Assembly: GCA_003344405.1 (NCBI GenBank)
Contig: NOWV01000001.1
Span: 806,001 to 870,000, forward strand
From: Trichoplax sp. H2
Taxonomy: Eukaryota
Direction: 5' to 3'
DNA: 64,000 nucleotides
The notes beneath the pieces were generated by a model. The model was given only the letters and a program-made list of their open reading frames with translations, was not told the origin of the DNA and did no database searches. A program made the position numbers and the translations under genes. This document shows, one piece after another, positions 1 to 12,578 of this stretch (the stretch's first letter is position 1; each line of letters opens with the position of its first letter).

Positions 1-899
1 GAATGTTTACCCCAAATAATAATCAACATTATAAGGCATAAGATTAATTCTAAACCGCGCTGAATACTTTGGAAAGCCCACCATGGCCAGGCTTCAGCGT
101 AGCGAACAGGAGATAATACACTATAAACGCCAACCATAGCATAAATATGAGAAATACATGTTAAAAGAGATAGTATGGAGCAAGCGTAGATGGAATAAAT
201 TAAACGCTTTAGTGATTTATTAAAATCTTTGTCGTAGCCTTGAGCTTCAGTAACAAGATTGGTAGTAATTCTTTTCGCAGCAATAAAGTAACCAACCGAG
301 AGGAACAGGTTGAAAACGATATAAGTTCCTTGGCAAACGATCAATAAAACTTTGGCTTCCGTAAAGAATTGTACTAATAATTCAAGCAAGATGACAAATG
401 CAAAATTAATGATAATGACGATTGCAATATTTCGACTTTTATGAAAAAATGGCGGGGTCTTGTATTTTTTGGTAGTATCGAGCAACGCCAAGAGTAACAT
501 GGTAAATGCTGCAGTGAATGCTGGCAAACTTAATGCCCAGAGCAAGTGAAAAACAATTGGTAAAATAGACGGTCTTGATGCATAAGGGTCAATTAACAGA
601 GCACAAGATCGAGTTAGTGCACATATTGCCAAATTAGAATACAATGATAACGATAGTTGGCTATTTCTACCTCGATTTTGAAGGTTATCTTGGATTTTGA
701 GATAAAGCAAATATAGACATGTCAATAAGATCATGATATACGCTATCGATGTTAAATAAATGTGTATCGGCCATGCGGCTCGCCATTCTGGAATAGCTTC
801 TGAGAACTTTGGGACAATTTCTGGCCAAGGAGCTAAACTGTTGTTTACTTCAGTTTGAGTCGCCCTCTTGTTTCTGAGTAAATTCAAGTACAAATACAT
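1..899 (-). CDS. PRRT3/PRRT4-like multipass (about 7 TM) membrane protein; single long coding exon, 3' end beyond window
   Basis: Open frame from ATG 899 to the window edge: MYLYLNLLRNKRATQTEVNNSLAPWPEIVPKFSEAIPEWRAAWPIHIY...TRSCALLIDPY...LWALSLPAFTAAF...AEAWPWWAFQSIQRGLELIL. The W..H.Y, R....DPY and WPWW.FQ...R..E motifs match the PRRT3/4 membrane domain. Absent from the ORF track because it has no stop in the window. Confidence 0.8.
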   Translation of the reverse strand, partial: MYLYLNLLRNKRATQTEVNNSLAPWPEIVPKFSEAIPEWRAAWPIHIYLTSIAYIMILLTCLYLLYLKIQDNLQNRGRNSQLSLSLYSNLAICALTRSCALLIDPYASRPSILPIVFHLLWALSLPAFTAAFTMLLLALLDTTKKYKTPPFFHKSRNIAIVIIINFAFVILLELLVQFFTEAKVLLIVCQGTYIVFNLFLSVGYFIAAKRITTNLVTEAQGYDKDFNKSLKRLIYSIYACSILSLLTCISHIYAMVGVYSVLSPVRYAEAWPWWAFQSIQRGLELILCLIMLIIIWGKH

Positions 900-3800
900 T
901 TTTTACCCTTGATAGTATTTCTTATCGTGATTGCCACAAAATACCGAAATAGTTAAGATTGAATTTATCAATAATAAAATAAATGAAAAATATCAGTTAA
1001 TCTTGAAATTTATACTGGACACAAGTTAAGTTATACTAAAGAGTTTCAATTTTATATTTTAAGTAACAAAATTCCAATGGCAATGCCACAGCGTCTTTTG
1101 AGACTACGTCCAAATAATTCGATGATTAGTAGGGTTTATACCGAGGAAATCTTTCAATCTGTAAATGTTTCAAGCAAATTCTAGATGTAATAAGAATTGA
1201 ACTATTACTTAGAGTATCGAAATCAACGTTAGCCAGGTATTCAAAGACAAAACCACCCTACAGTTGTAGCTCATTAATAATGATGCAGGCTCGATCAGAA
1301 ATGGAAGTCTTATATCGCTTTCACGAGAATTATTAATAGCGTCTAGCTTTGATACAATAAGCGTATATAATTAATGATGGGTTGTCTTCGTAGAATAGAT
1401 GATATTGATTCAATAACTGAGGTGATGTAAGTTGGTATACAAAACGATAAGATCATCTAATAGTCTGAGATTTACACATCAAACAAGCTTATGAAATCAC
1501 TAGGCTGAATTTATCCTTTTTTAGAACATGATCTTTTTCTTCTTAATAATGTTTTGTTCTTTTTCAACTTGTACTCAATAGTCGCAGATGTTGGTCAGTA
1601 ACGTCTCCAATTTATCATTTCAGGTAGTCATATCATTAATTAATAATCAAACTTTTATTTATGTCATGTATATTAACTACAATGATGACATCACCGTTAT
1701 GTTTTGTCTTATTACCAAATAACAATAGCGATTGATTCATTAGTTAATAACTTGAACAATTCAATTGTCTTCTATTGTTAGATTGGAAGGCACCAAGTGT
1801 TGTAGAGAGGATAGCAATCACTCAGCCCAATCTATACGCAATGCTATAATCGCTGGCAAGTTATAATTAATCAGTACATTTTTCACGTAGTTTAATAGGC
1901 AACTACCGTGACCTCTCTTTCATTGAATCAAAACCAACGGTACTACCCACTTAATTGGCTGAAGGAGGCATTCATTTACATCGACATTTTTTATTGATAT
2001 TTGTTAATATTGATTAACTAATTATATGGGTACTGACCGCTCAAGTTGAACGGTTAGTGGAGAAAATATACAGTTGATTAGACACGCCCGAATAATGACA
2101 GATTTTTGTTATTCATATGTTCATCGATTGCGCCGCTATCCAAACGATTTTCTCATCGTCGATTGAAATAGTTGTTGTTAGGTCTTATTTTAATTGATAA
2201 ATGTCTATTTCATACTTATTCTATATTTACTTAATCAATCCAATACTTTTAAACCTTCCTCATTATGGTAAATTTATGGAATGTGCCCTATTGAATTCGG
2301 TTAAAGTTTACGCAATAGTAGCAGATAAATCACAAATACTAATTATATTATAATTGATATTTATATACCCTAATGGCGAACTAAGCTCAGACTTAATGCA
2401 CTAAGTAGTAGTTTCAGTATTGGGTCTATAAATTGATAGAAAGACTTGCAATATTGTTCATAAAAATAACTAGTTGTCAACGGATTCTTAGATATTTATC
2501 CATATATCTTGCCAAATCAAAAAGAGATTATAATTTAATGCCAGCATTGTTAGACAAACAGATTTCTGGTAATGGCCAATAAATTATAAATTCATTTCCT
2601 TTACACTGATACCCCAGATTTAATTGCAATCTGGTATTTTTATTCCATCGGATGTTAATTACCCTAGTTTTCGTATTACTACTGGAATACAAAAATAAGG
2701 AAGCTACTTATAAACGTAATAGAGCATACAATTTTATTCTTAACTCTTATTGTCACTAATGATTTCATTAAATAGCAAAGATAAAAAATTACATTCTTAT
2801 ACTAAAGATATTAATAACAATATTCTAGAACTACTTGGATGTGCGCTTATCTGGTAATACTTCTATCCATACCTATTTTACCGATTTAAAAACACGATAA
2901 TCTCGTAGTAATTTTTCAAACAGACATGAGTATGATAAGTAGCTGAAGTTACTATCGTAAGTCATATCTATTATAGTACTAATTTACATAGGAATATTGA
3001 TAACTGTAGGATAATTGCACAGAGGAAGCATTATTTATTCCAATGACGATTATTAATGATCAGTTAAGTTACAATTAATCACATCCTGTAGACTTAAACA
3101 AGTGAGATGGCTTTAATTTCTTATTAATGTTAGCATGCGTATATTATATTCCTTTTCTATAGCCAGCTTGAAAAATTTTATACTATTCGTTGGCATTCTT
3201 GAACTAGCAGCAATAGGATCGTCCATGATCAAATTTCCTACGGTAGAATTTAAACTTCTTTTTCATATATTTTTATTTAACAGACTTTGTCTCATAAGAT
3301 CAATTCCAAATATTCTAGGCCATTTATAGATTAAACTAAGATATAGCTTTTATAATTGTTAATGATATTGTTTATATCGAGCTTGTACTGCATTAAAATG
3401 ATTATCTTTGACAAATTTGAGGCTTATTTGTGATGCTTTGCTTTACAAACTATTTAAACAGTTTTAATTGAAGGTACAGTTCGGTAACTATGTATATTTA
3501 GTCGAGGTATCTTGCAATAGTAAATTTACCTTGCTGTTCTTGCTAATAATATAGGTCTCAATAATACATAATTAATATCACATTGCCACAACCAAGGTTA
3601 TGACACAAAGGGATAATATGAAATACGTAAGTGCGCTTTTCCTTTATTGATCTAGCAAATCTACCACGTAGCTATTGATTATAACTACCCTTCTAATACT
3701 TCTTTCAGTCCTGATATTATTGGTACTACTCTATTATTCCACGGATAATTCTTTGATCAACGCGTGCAACTTTACATTTAACTAGCTATTATAGCTCAAT

Positions 3801-6653
3801 TCAGCATCATTCAACTAGTCAATTACTCAAATCGGTACTATTTATTTATTTATTTATGAATAATCCCTAATACACAGGACTTACATCTTTCACTTAATAA
3901 ACAAATTATGCGATATAAATCTGTTATTGTCACACACATACTGTATATTCGAGTCTGTGAACAACGGTACAATGTTTACTTGCACTTCTTAAAATATGTC
4001 GATCGTAAAATATTGATGGTTATTAAGAAGGGCACTATTAATTATTTTGAAATATATCACTAACCAGTATCATCAGATAAACCCACAAATCATCTTGTTC
4101 CATACAAAACAAGAAGTCATGAATTTCGTCTGTGTACTTTGATGATACCTATACTATGTAATCACACTATTAAGGTATTATAACCAACTTATATTTCAGT
4201 TTGATGAGATATCCAGCTGATTTTAACTCGCAAATAGTCATTTTAAAAACAACGTGCTGATTCTAAAATATAATATCGTAATGTTTATTCGTAAAAATTT
4301 TATTCTACCATTCTTCTTCGTATTCATAATTATTGACGTAAACTAAGTATAATATTTTATTTTATACGTCATAATCAACTTTTAGATAGAAAAATAAAAT
4401 ATGTAATAGTTAAAGATCGTTTTAATTTAATTCCATTGCTGTCATCCATGACGGTTATCGAATAAGCCTTCACACAATTCGTTTATTTCGTTCTCTTTGT
4501 ATCTCATGTATTGTAATGAAGGCTTTTAAATGTATTAAGACTTCGTGGGTGAATTAATTCTTTATATATTAATACATACTTTAGGATAATGTATAATTTA
4601 TACGATAAAAATACATAGCAATATGTCTAAGCGACAACAGAATAGTTAGTTCTATTCACGAATAACTCGGTAAACTCTAACGAGACGGCATCATGTCTAA
4701 TTTTCTAAATCATTCTAAATCATTATAAATATTAAAAATGAACCCTACTGCAGCATCGTGATAAGTGATGATAATTTCAACCGATACTTAGTATCTTCCT
4801 TTATAAAGTATTAATCCTTCACCTCTGTCACGCGTCACACCCTCGATATTTCTGATATTTCTAATGAGGAAATATTAATAATTTAATTTATATATTAAAT
4901 TTGAAGCAATCTTATTAATATCTGCTATACTTATCTGCAAGAACTGTTAATTACAGTACAAGTTCTACCAGTCTGTCCGAAAAGATACTTATTATACAAG
5001 GGTTTAATCAGTTACTAGTAACTGTCGAATACTGTTGTGATTTTCTGACTTATTTGATATCTTTCACTATCCTTCGGTTCATTTAGTATACTGGATAAAT
5101 ATTAGAAATTAAATGGCCGATATCTTTATTAATTTAAATTGGATTATTAGTTAGATATTAGGTTAATAACGTATGTTTTCATAAGCTTACAGAGTTACTG
5201 TACTGTATTCGGTAACAATAACCTGATGTACTGTACAGTATAGTACTACTAGTATTAAACGGACTGTAGAAAATTGTCTTACTTTTGCAGTTGTTGATAT
5301 TTACCATTTCCGTTAGCAAGTGGTTGACTTATCTTGAATGCCTTCCTGATAGATTAAGTTCTATAATGATTAATAATTTTGTTTCCATCACCTTCAATTG
5401 TTGCTTTTATTTTGTATAATACGTTTGATGTACTGTACATCACCACACTGAATATTGTAATTTAAAATTGATAAATACTAAATGAATAATGAATTTTATC
5501 TGAAATAAATAGATTTGGGATAATAAAATAACAACATTGTTATGCTCTTTTAATATACCGTAGTCTATTCTTATTAGTAGTTGTTAGGCCAGGTACGCAT
5601 GTAGAATTGTGGGGACGTAAATTGGCGAAGCACGACAATATGGCGATATCGTACAGCCGGTACGGTACTGATTAATTATAAATTAGACAATACCCGTACA
5701 TTTAATTTAAAACAATAATGGGACTTTATTACTACTGCGATTTTAATCATTATAGCGCCCATTTAACGTGCTGATTAATCTATCACATTCTATATACCTA
5801 TTAAATTTATAAATCAAAAATCTATTTAATTTCGTATAAATGCCTTTAGGTACGGTACGTCAATAACATCTAGGCGGTCTACGACCATTATAACACTAGC
5901 TTTCTCTCCGAATACTATATGAACACCTGCTATGCTGCACCAGCATACGTGTAAGCAAAACCCTCTTACCAATTATTCGAAGGGAAATATTTCATTATGA
6001 GACAGTAAATTGATCTCGAAAGTAACGGTATCAGAATTAATGCGTTATGATTACCAATAGTGTTCGAATAAAGGCAACATAGTAATAGTCCAATACACTA
6101 GGACTATGAACGCATGGAATACGATTTTTATCAACTGGTGGTACGATTTAGAATAAAATCCCTTCATTGATTTGAAATATTGGCTACGGTATTTTGGATG
6201 TAATAATATAGGGGTAACCCTATCCCCAACATTAGCAGGGCCTTCACTGAATATATTTACCAAAACGATATAAAATTATAAAACTTAGAAACAGATCTGT
6301 TAAGGCCACATATACAGTATACTAAGGATTCAATGATGCTAACCTAATTATTCGAAAAATTTTATCAGATATCGGTCTTGAACCATTGAAATTGTATCAT
6401 CTGCTGACATGTCGACCGTTACTATCAGAGCTTCCCAAGGTAAATTCCCAACATCATTAAATTATCAATTTAAAATTTCATATCCCTTTTATCTAAACAA
6501 TATTTCATAATATCATTCTTTCCGTTAATAGTCCAGACTAATCCTTTTGCTATCTAACGATTTCCGGATGATTTGAAAACGTCATAAAATCAAATAAAAC
6601 TACAGATAAAAGTCGATTTTATTTGCAGATAGACAATTTACATATTGTAAAAA

Positions 6654-8775
6654 CTAATCGTCCTTGTGGAACTCAAAATGTACGTCCTTGCCAGTTAATC
6701 TTTTATAAGCTGCAACAAATGCTTCTTTCTATTGAGTAAAACATACAGAACAGTATATTATTTACACATTAGTTTTAGAACATACAAAGTAACAGCCAAA
6801 ACTTGGTCTTACCTTATGTTCTAAATTTTGTCGTTCCTTTTCCTCCAAATATCTACAATGCACGTAACAAAAATGTTACTTACTTTACAGTCTTCAAGCA
6901 ATTACACATACCTTATATACTGTTGAAAATATAAAATCACTTACACTTTAATTAGCCTTGATCCGTCAATACGAACTAATGTTCGTTTTCCTATAATTTC
7001 TGAAGGGAATACCACATCCTCCAAGATTGAATCATGCACAGCCGTAAGAGTTCGGCTGGTAAATAAACATATTAACAACTCATTAATTTCTCGCTGTTAA
7101 ACTTGACGTGCGTTGCAAAGGTGCCAAGTGAAGAATTACATAAGAGCAGTTGACTACTCACCTTCTAGGCCTTGGCTGCTTACTTTTCCTTTGCTTTCTC
7201 GTAGGCTTTTTAAGGATACGACGCTATGAGGTAACAAATACATAATAACATAAGCAACTATAATTCACTTAAATCTCCCACTTGATAACATAGCTACATA
7301 ACAATTTACGTCATTAGCTGATGTACTACTATCCAATTATAATTACCTGAGCAACGATTACAACAGAGCTACCAGAGAACTTCTTTTCTAACTCACGAAC
7401 TAAACGAGGCTGTAGGAATTGAAAAAAAATTATGATCATGTTAATAACATCAAGTTGAGAGCAATGATCACTCTAGCCCAGCAATGGCAATACAGCATCT
7501 ATACCGACAATATATACGGGTAATAACTTTATCATTACCTGGATAACTTGAAATGAACGCAACTGAGGAAAAGGTACAGAAATAATGATAGCTTTCTTGT
7601 TTAGCACATCAATTTCCTAAAATAGCATAAATATTGTGTATTAGAACCTATTAATCTTTGCTTTAAGAATAATCTGTATATTATAGTTCAATATATATAT
7701 CTAACCTTAGCTGCAGAAATCTGTAATTCTCGAAGTTGGTTTTTCAAATCGGAATTCAGTTCCAGCTCAAGAATTGCCTAATGTTTACATATGGTTAACA
7801 AGTATTAGGACTGATAGCTTCTGAAAGCTACGTTAAATCGAATAACAGTCCTTCTGTTAGAAACTGGCTAAATCTAACATTATATTACTTTACGCATGAA
7901 ATCATTTCTGATTCGTAGTTAAACGACAGGCTGTGATAATTTACAAATGGATTTGCCTTTTCAAAACGACAAGTCAAGCCTTTCAGTATATTAAGGGAAC
8001 GGTTTGAAAAGATAGCTAAGTTGATACTGTAATATTGTAAAGATTTCATACATTACACATTTAGTTTCGCTAATAGCAAACAACCCTTGAACTAGTACAG
8101 ATTGAATGCCATTACTACGTTACTATTGCAAGTTGCAACATGGGGCACTATACAATAATAAGGTTATGATGAACCCTAAATAGCAATCTAGCAGCCTATT
8201 TATAAGTACAGTACGAAGTAAACCTTACGTTGACTACGATTTACTCATGGTAAGTAGAGATTCATGGCCTAATCAGAGACCATTAGTTCCTGGCCTAATT
8301 CAAAGTCGATAGGCGTAGTGCGGGTCTCAGTCTATCGTTGACTGAATATACAAGGGCAACTATCACTCATTTTTTATTTTGTCTTTAAAGCGATCTATTG
8401 ACGCTATCCATAGCGATCTCCGTTCTCTTAATACTTGAAAATCTGGTTGAGTTGGCATCCTAGCAAACTGCCATCAAATCAATGTAATCTTACTAGCAAA
8501 CATATTCTACTGTAGTAGTCTATCAACATCTTCCTTCTTGATCAGTTTGAGCGGTATGATCGATGATGTAAAAATCGGTGTATTATGACTGTTTCGTTGA
8601 CCTATTTTTATCTCTCTACCTAGCTTTGGATGCTATCCAAGATATAGCACAAAGTTCCTTATAAAATAGAACAGCAAATTAATGTCATAGCCTACAGTAC
8701 CTGAGCAACAGACTGCTCGAACTCATCGGGTTGTTCGTTATTGGGCTTGAGGATTTTGGCTGCGGCTGACAACAT
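6654..8775 (-). CDS. RPS7: 40S ribosomal protein S7 (eS7), 8 coding exons
   Basis: Exons approx. 8775-8701, 7777-7706, 7616-7539, 7409-7347, 7223-7162, 7055-6945, 6852-6813, 6728-6654, all GT-AG. Spliced product [43 protein letters not shown]...[13 protein letters not shown]...[28 protein letters not shown]...[17 protein letters not shown]. Confidence 0.98.
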
Positions 8776-8965
8776 GATGGCGTTGACTACCTATTCATAT
8801 TCAACAAGACGTATATAAGAAAATTTTAAATCATCCAACTACAATCGATGGATAATCTCAAGTGAAATTAATGTTAAAATTATTTTGTAGTAAAAAGGGA
8901 TGGATATGATGCCCCAAATAGCAGTAGGATGAAATTGTTAACGACATGCTAAAAAATGCTCATAC

Positions 8966-9070
8966 CTTTTTCGGATCGCCACAAGGAAAGAGAACGAACG
9001 ACCACAATGCCTTGAGTAAGTAGGAAAAGGTTGGTCACGATTGGCGCAGGCGTATTCCTTGCCGCACGTG
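8966..9070 (-). promoter_or_regulatory. RPS7 TCT/5'TOP start site, short non-coding exon 1, CCAAT box and E-box
   Basis: Minus strand reads TTCTCTTTCCTT (8994-8983), a polypyrimidine initiator typical of ribosomal protein genes, then ...CCGAAAAAG|GTATGA donor at 8965. The acceptor is at 8791-8792, just before the ATG exon. CCAAT at 9040-9044, CACGTG at 9065-9070. Confidence 0.8.
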
Positions 9071-9084
9071 CAAAATTTGACGAG

Positions 9085-10400
9085 TGTACAGTTCAGTACA
9101 TGTACTGTGCACTGTACAGTACTGTACTGTACAGTACTGTACTGTACAGTACTGTACAGTATAGTATTGTGTGGTAATGGTACCGTACAGTACTGTACTA
9201 TATAGATCAAAACGGTTTGAACCGAACCGAACCTTTCTCAGGTCTACTGTACTGTACTGTACACTCAGTACTGTATTGCATTGGTGTTTTGCTGTTTTAC
9301 GTGTACCGTACTGTACAGTACATGATTAGAACAGTACTGTAGTTTCCACCTTTCCGGTACAGAAAGTACAGTACACCAATACTGCGTATAACACAGAACA
9401 GTACTGTACAGTGTACAGTGTATAAGTTACAGTACACATACTGTAGCCCAAGGTATACTGTACAGTGTACAGTACTGTTGTAATATTTTCTGTTGTACAC
9501 TCATGTACAGTACAGTATGTAGAGACGTACTGTACAACTCACAGTCAAGAAAACTATGTTCATTAAAGAAAGACAGAGAGGATAACAAGAGAGAGACGAG
9601 GTATAATCACTACTACCGTTAGCAAGAGATGCGCTCATTTATATAGCGATCTCTGAGCCTGTTGACAGGTATACACTGTAGTGCGTTGTGATACTCTAAT
9701 GATGCTTTAACGCATAATTAGTAGTTTCCGCCTTTCCGGTATAGAAAGTACTGTACACCAATACTGTCTGTAGGACTGTATCTACAGTACTGTACTGAAC
9801 AGTACAGTACTGTAGTCCACGACATACTGTACAGTGTACACTGTAGTGCGTTGTGATACTGTTAATGGTGCTACAAGTACACGTTGTACAGTAGTCTCAA
9901 TACAGTAGGTAGTAAAATATAATTACATGATGCCGGAGACTAATGTACTGTACAGTACTGTACTGTAGTCAACTACATACTGTACAGTACAGTACAGTTT
10001 GTCAGACTTACGGTATATTGTACTGTACACTGTACAGCACAGTACTGTATCGCTCGATTTTCTGTGTATTAAAAGCTGTTAAAATGAAAAATTCTTGCTT
10101 TGAAAGCCATACTGTACAGTTGTACAGCGACTAACTCAAGTGGCCTTTCTTTCTGACATTGTACAGTGTGCACTGTACAGCTCAGTATTGCTCGATTTTT
10201 CTGCCTATTAAAAGCTGTTAAAATGAAATATTCTTGCTTTGAAAGTCATACTGTACAAGTGTACAGTACAGCGACTAACTCAAGTGGCCTTTTCTTTCTG
10301 AATGCTTTACTGTACTGTACTGTACAGTACATACTACGGTACACGAACTACAGAATTGTACCGGTACTGGTACTGTACCTAACGGACTTACAGTACAGTA
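9085..10400. repeat. TACAG/CTGTA palindromic low-complexity array with embedded duplicated modules
   Basis: Dense TACTGTACAGTACTGTAC runs in both orientations. Duplicated modules at about 9340/9721, 9676/9841 and 10047-10156/10186-10301. Confidence 0.9.
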
Positions 10401-11129
10401 ATAAAGTTTCTCTTCTCTGAAACAGTTCTCTCTCGTCTCAGTCTAGAAGTAGAAAGACATAGTATTGCAGTTAGGATTAGAACCTGTCGTGCATATGTCA
10501 TACTGTCATACTGTAGAGTTAAGAAAATCTCGATGGTCATACAGTATACACTAGTATATACGAGTATAGAACAGTAATTGGTAGAAATCTGTATGTTATC
10601 CATTTTCTGTATTTAAACCTACTGTATGATTTAACCTTCGACAGAAGATGAAACTACAGGGCATACTATACTACAGGGCATACTATAATTTTATAGTACA
10701 ACTGTAGACTGCATTTCTCTTCAATATTATTCAAACATGATGACAATCAAAACTAGGGAGTTCATTATTTTCAGTATTGCAATTTTTAAAGATAATAAAA
10801 GATTGGTTACGAAATGGTCTTCTACTGTATTACTGTACATTCATTCAATTCACATGACAACAAAGTTCCATTAAATTTGAATGTGATACCAAACAATAGT
10901 TTAATGATGATCATGACTTGATGAATTCGTAAAAATATCGATAAACATAGAAAAATTGATTTTTATATAGATCCATCAAACGGTAAAATCAATTTGTTTA
11001 GAAATTATTAGGATATTACAAGTAGCACTATCAACAGAACAATACAATAAGCTCCATTATATATCATATATAGATTTATGGGTATATATATAATACATTG
11101 ACTAAATAAACTGGCATTGAAATACAATG

Positions 11130-12578
11130 CGTTTGGTGCACTGTAAATAGTTCATACAATAATATTTTAATTTGGATGTCAAAGTGTGTCGCAATGAATA
11201 TCGGTGAATTGGATTGAAATATAAAAATCGATGGCTAAATTTCAGCAATAACAGTATTCATATCATACGGTATTGTATGCGATACATTACAATCAATGAT
11301 CATATCTTCAGGTTGATATGTACGTACACTACTGCAGCTAAGGTGGCATTGGGATAAGTTTTCCTTATAAATGTTTCTTAAGCCTGTTCAATAATATCCA
11401 GATATTATCGAATACACCGGTTAAATATTGAAAAAATTAGTTGAAATCTAGTCCATTGTTAATAGTATCATTCCGTAAGAGTTGGTGATATTCACAAATG
11501 CTATTATGACATCGTGACTTTTCAAGCCTTTCCATGGCTTAAGGAGCTGTCACTATCTTTTCTAATCATTTCTTCACGTGTTTCTTCCTGCGTTAAAAAA
11601 TCATAATGGAACATTCTATTATCAGGCCCACGTTTATTACTTTATTTATCCAAGATATTTAACTATTTATCGATATAATTTAAACTTTTTTATACAAATT
11701 ATTATACGGATTTCATCAATGAATATCGTGTTACATATGCATCAATTCTGCAATCGAATTGCATAGTGAATCNNNNNNNNNNNNNNNNNNNNCGTTTGGT
11801 GCACTGTAAATAGTTCATACAATAATATTTTAATTTGGATGTCAAAGTGTGTCGCAATGAATATCGGTGAATTGGATTGAAATATAAAAATCGATGGCTA
11901 AATTTCAGCAATAACAGTATTCATATCATACGGTATTGTATGCGATACATTATAATCAATGATCATATCTTCAGGTTGATATGTACGTACACTACTGCAG
12001 CTAAGGTGGCATTGGGATAAGTTTTCCTTATAAATGTTTCTTAAGCCTATAGTTCAATAATATCCAGATATTATCGAATGGCCAGCTGATAATCAAATAA
12101 TTCAGCTGCTATAAGCATGTATATTACGTCATTCGTATATATATATATTAAATCACATCAGGTTTATGAGATAGAGTCATGTGTAGTGTTAACGATTATC
12201 AACAATACTGTACACCGGTTAAATATTGAAAAAATTAGTTGAAATCTAGTCCATTGTTAATAGTATCATTCCGTAAGAGTTGGTGATATTCACAAATGTT
12301 ATTATGACATCGTGACTTTTCAAGCCTTTCCATGGCTTAAGGAGCTGTCACTATCTTTTCTAATCATTTCTTCACGTGTTTCTTCCTGCGTTAAAAAGTT
12401 AAAAAATCATAATGGAATATTCTATTATCAGGCCCACGTTTATTACTTTATTTATCCAAGATATTTAACTATTTATCGATATAATTTAAACTTTTTTATA
12501 CAAATTATTATACGGATTTCATCAATGAATATCGTGTTACATATGCATCAATTCTGCAATCGAATTGCATAGTGAATC
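11130..12578. other. Assembly gap (N 11773-11792) flanked by near-identical direct copies; probable unmerged haplotype overlap
   Basis: 11130-11772 recurs as 11793-12578, starting exactly after the Ns. The copies differ by a few SNPs and small indels plus about 132 bp extra (12079-12210) in the second copy. Confidence 0.85.

Noticed and set aside
7778-7800. U17/snR30-like 3' end (AACCAT...AAACATT) in an RPS7 intron; U17 is hosted in rpS7 introns in some vertebrates
   Set aside because: It overlaps the branch point and acceptor, and the required AUAUUCCUA motif is not present upstream.
8938-10420. ORFs rich in YSTVQ/YCTV (also 56470-57057)
   Set aside because: They are translations of the TACAG/CTGTA arrays, open on both strands, with no splice or homology support.
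11578-12572. Two near-identical plus-strand ORFs suggesting a duplicated small gene
   Set aside because: They arise from the gap-flanking duplicate, antisense to the 3' end of receptor A, and have no recognisable protein features.
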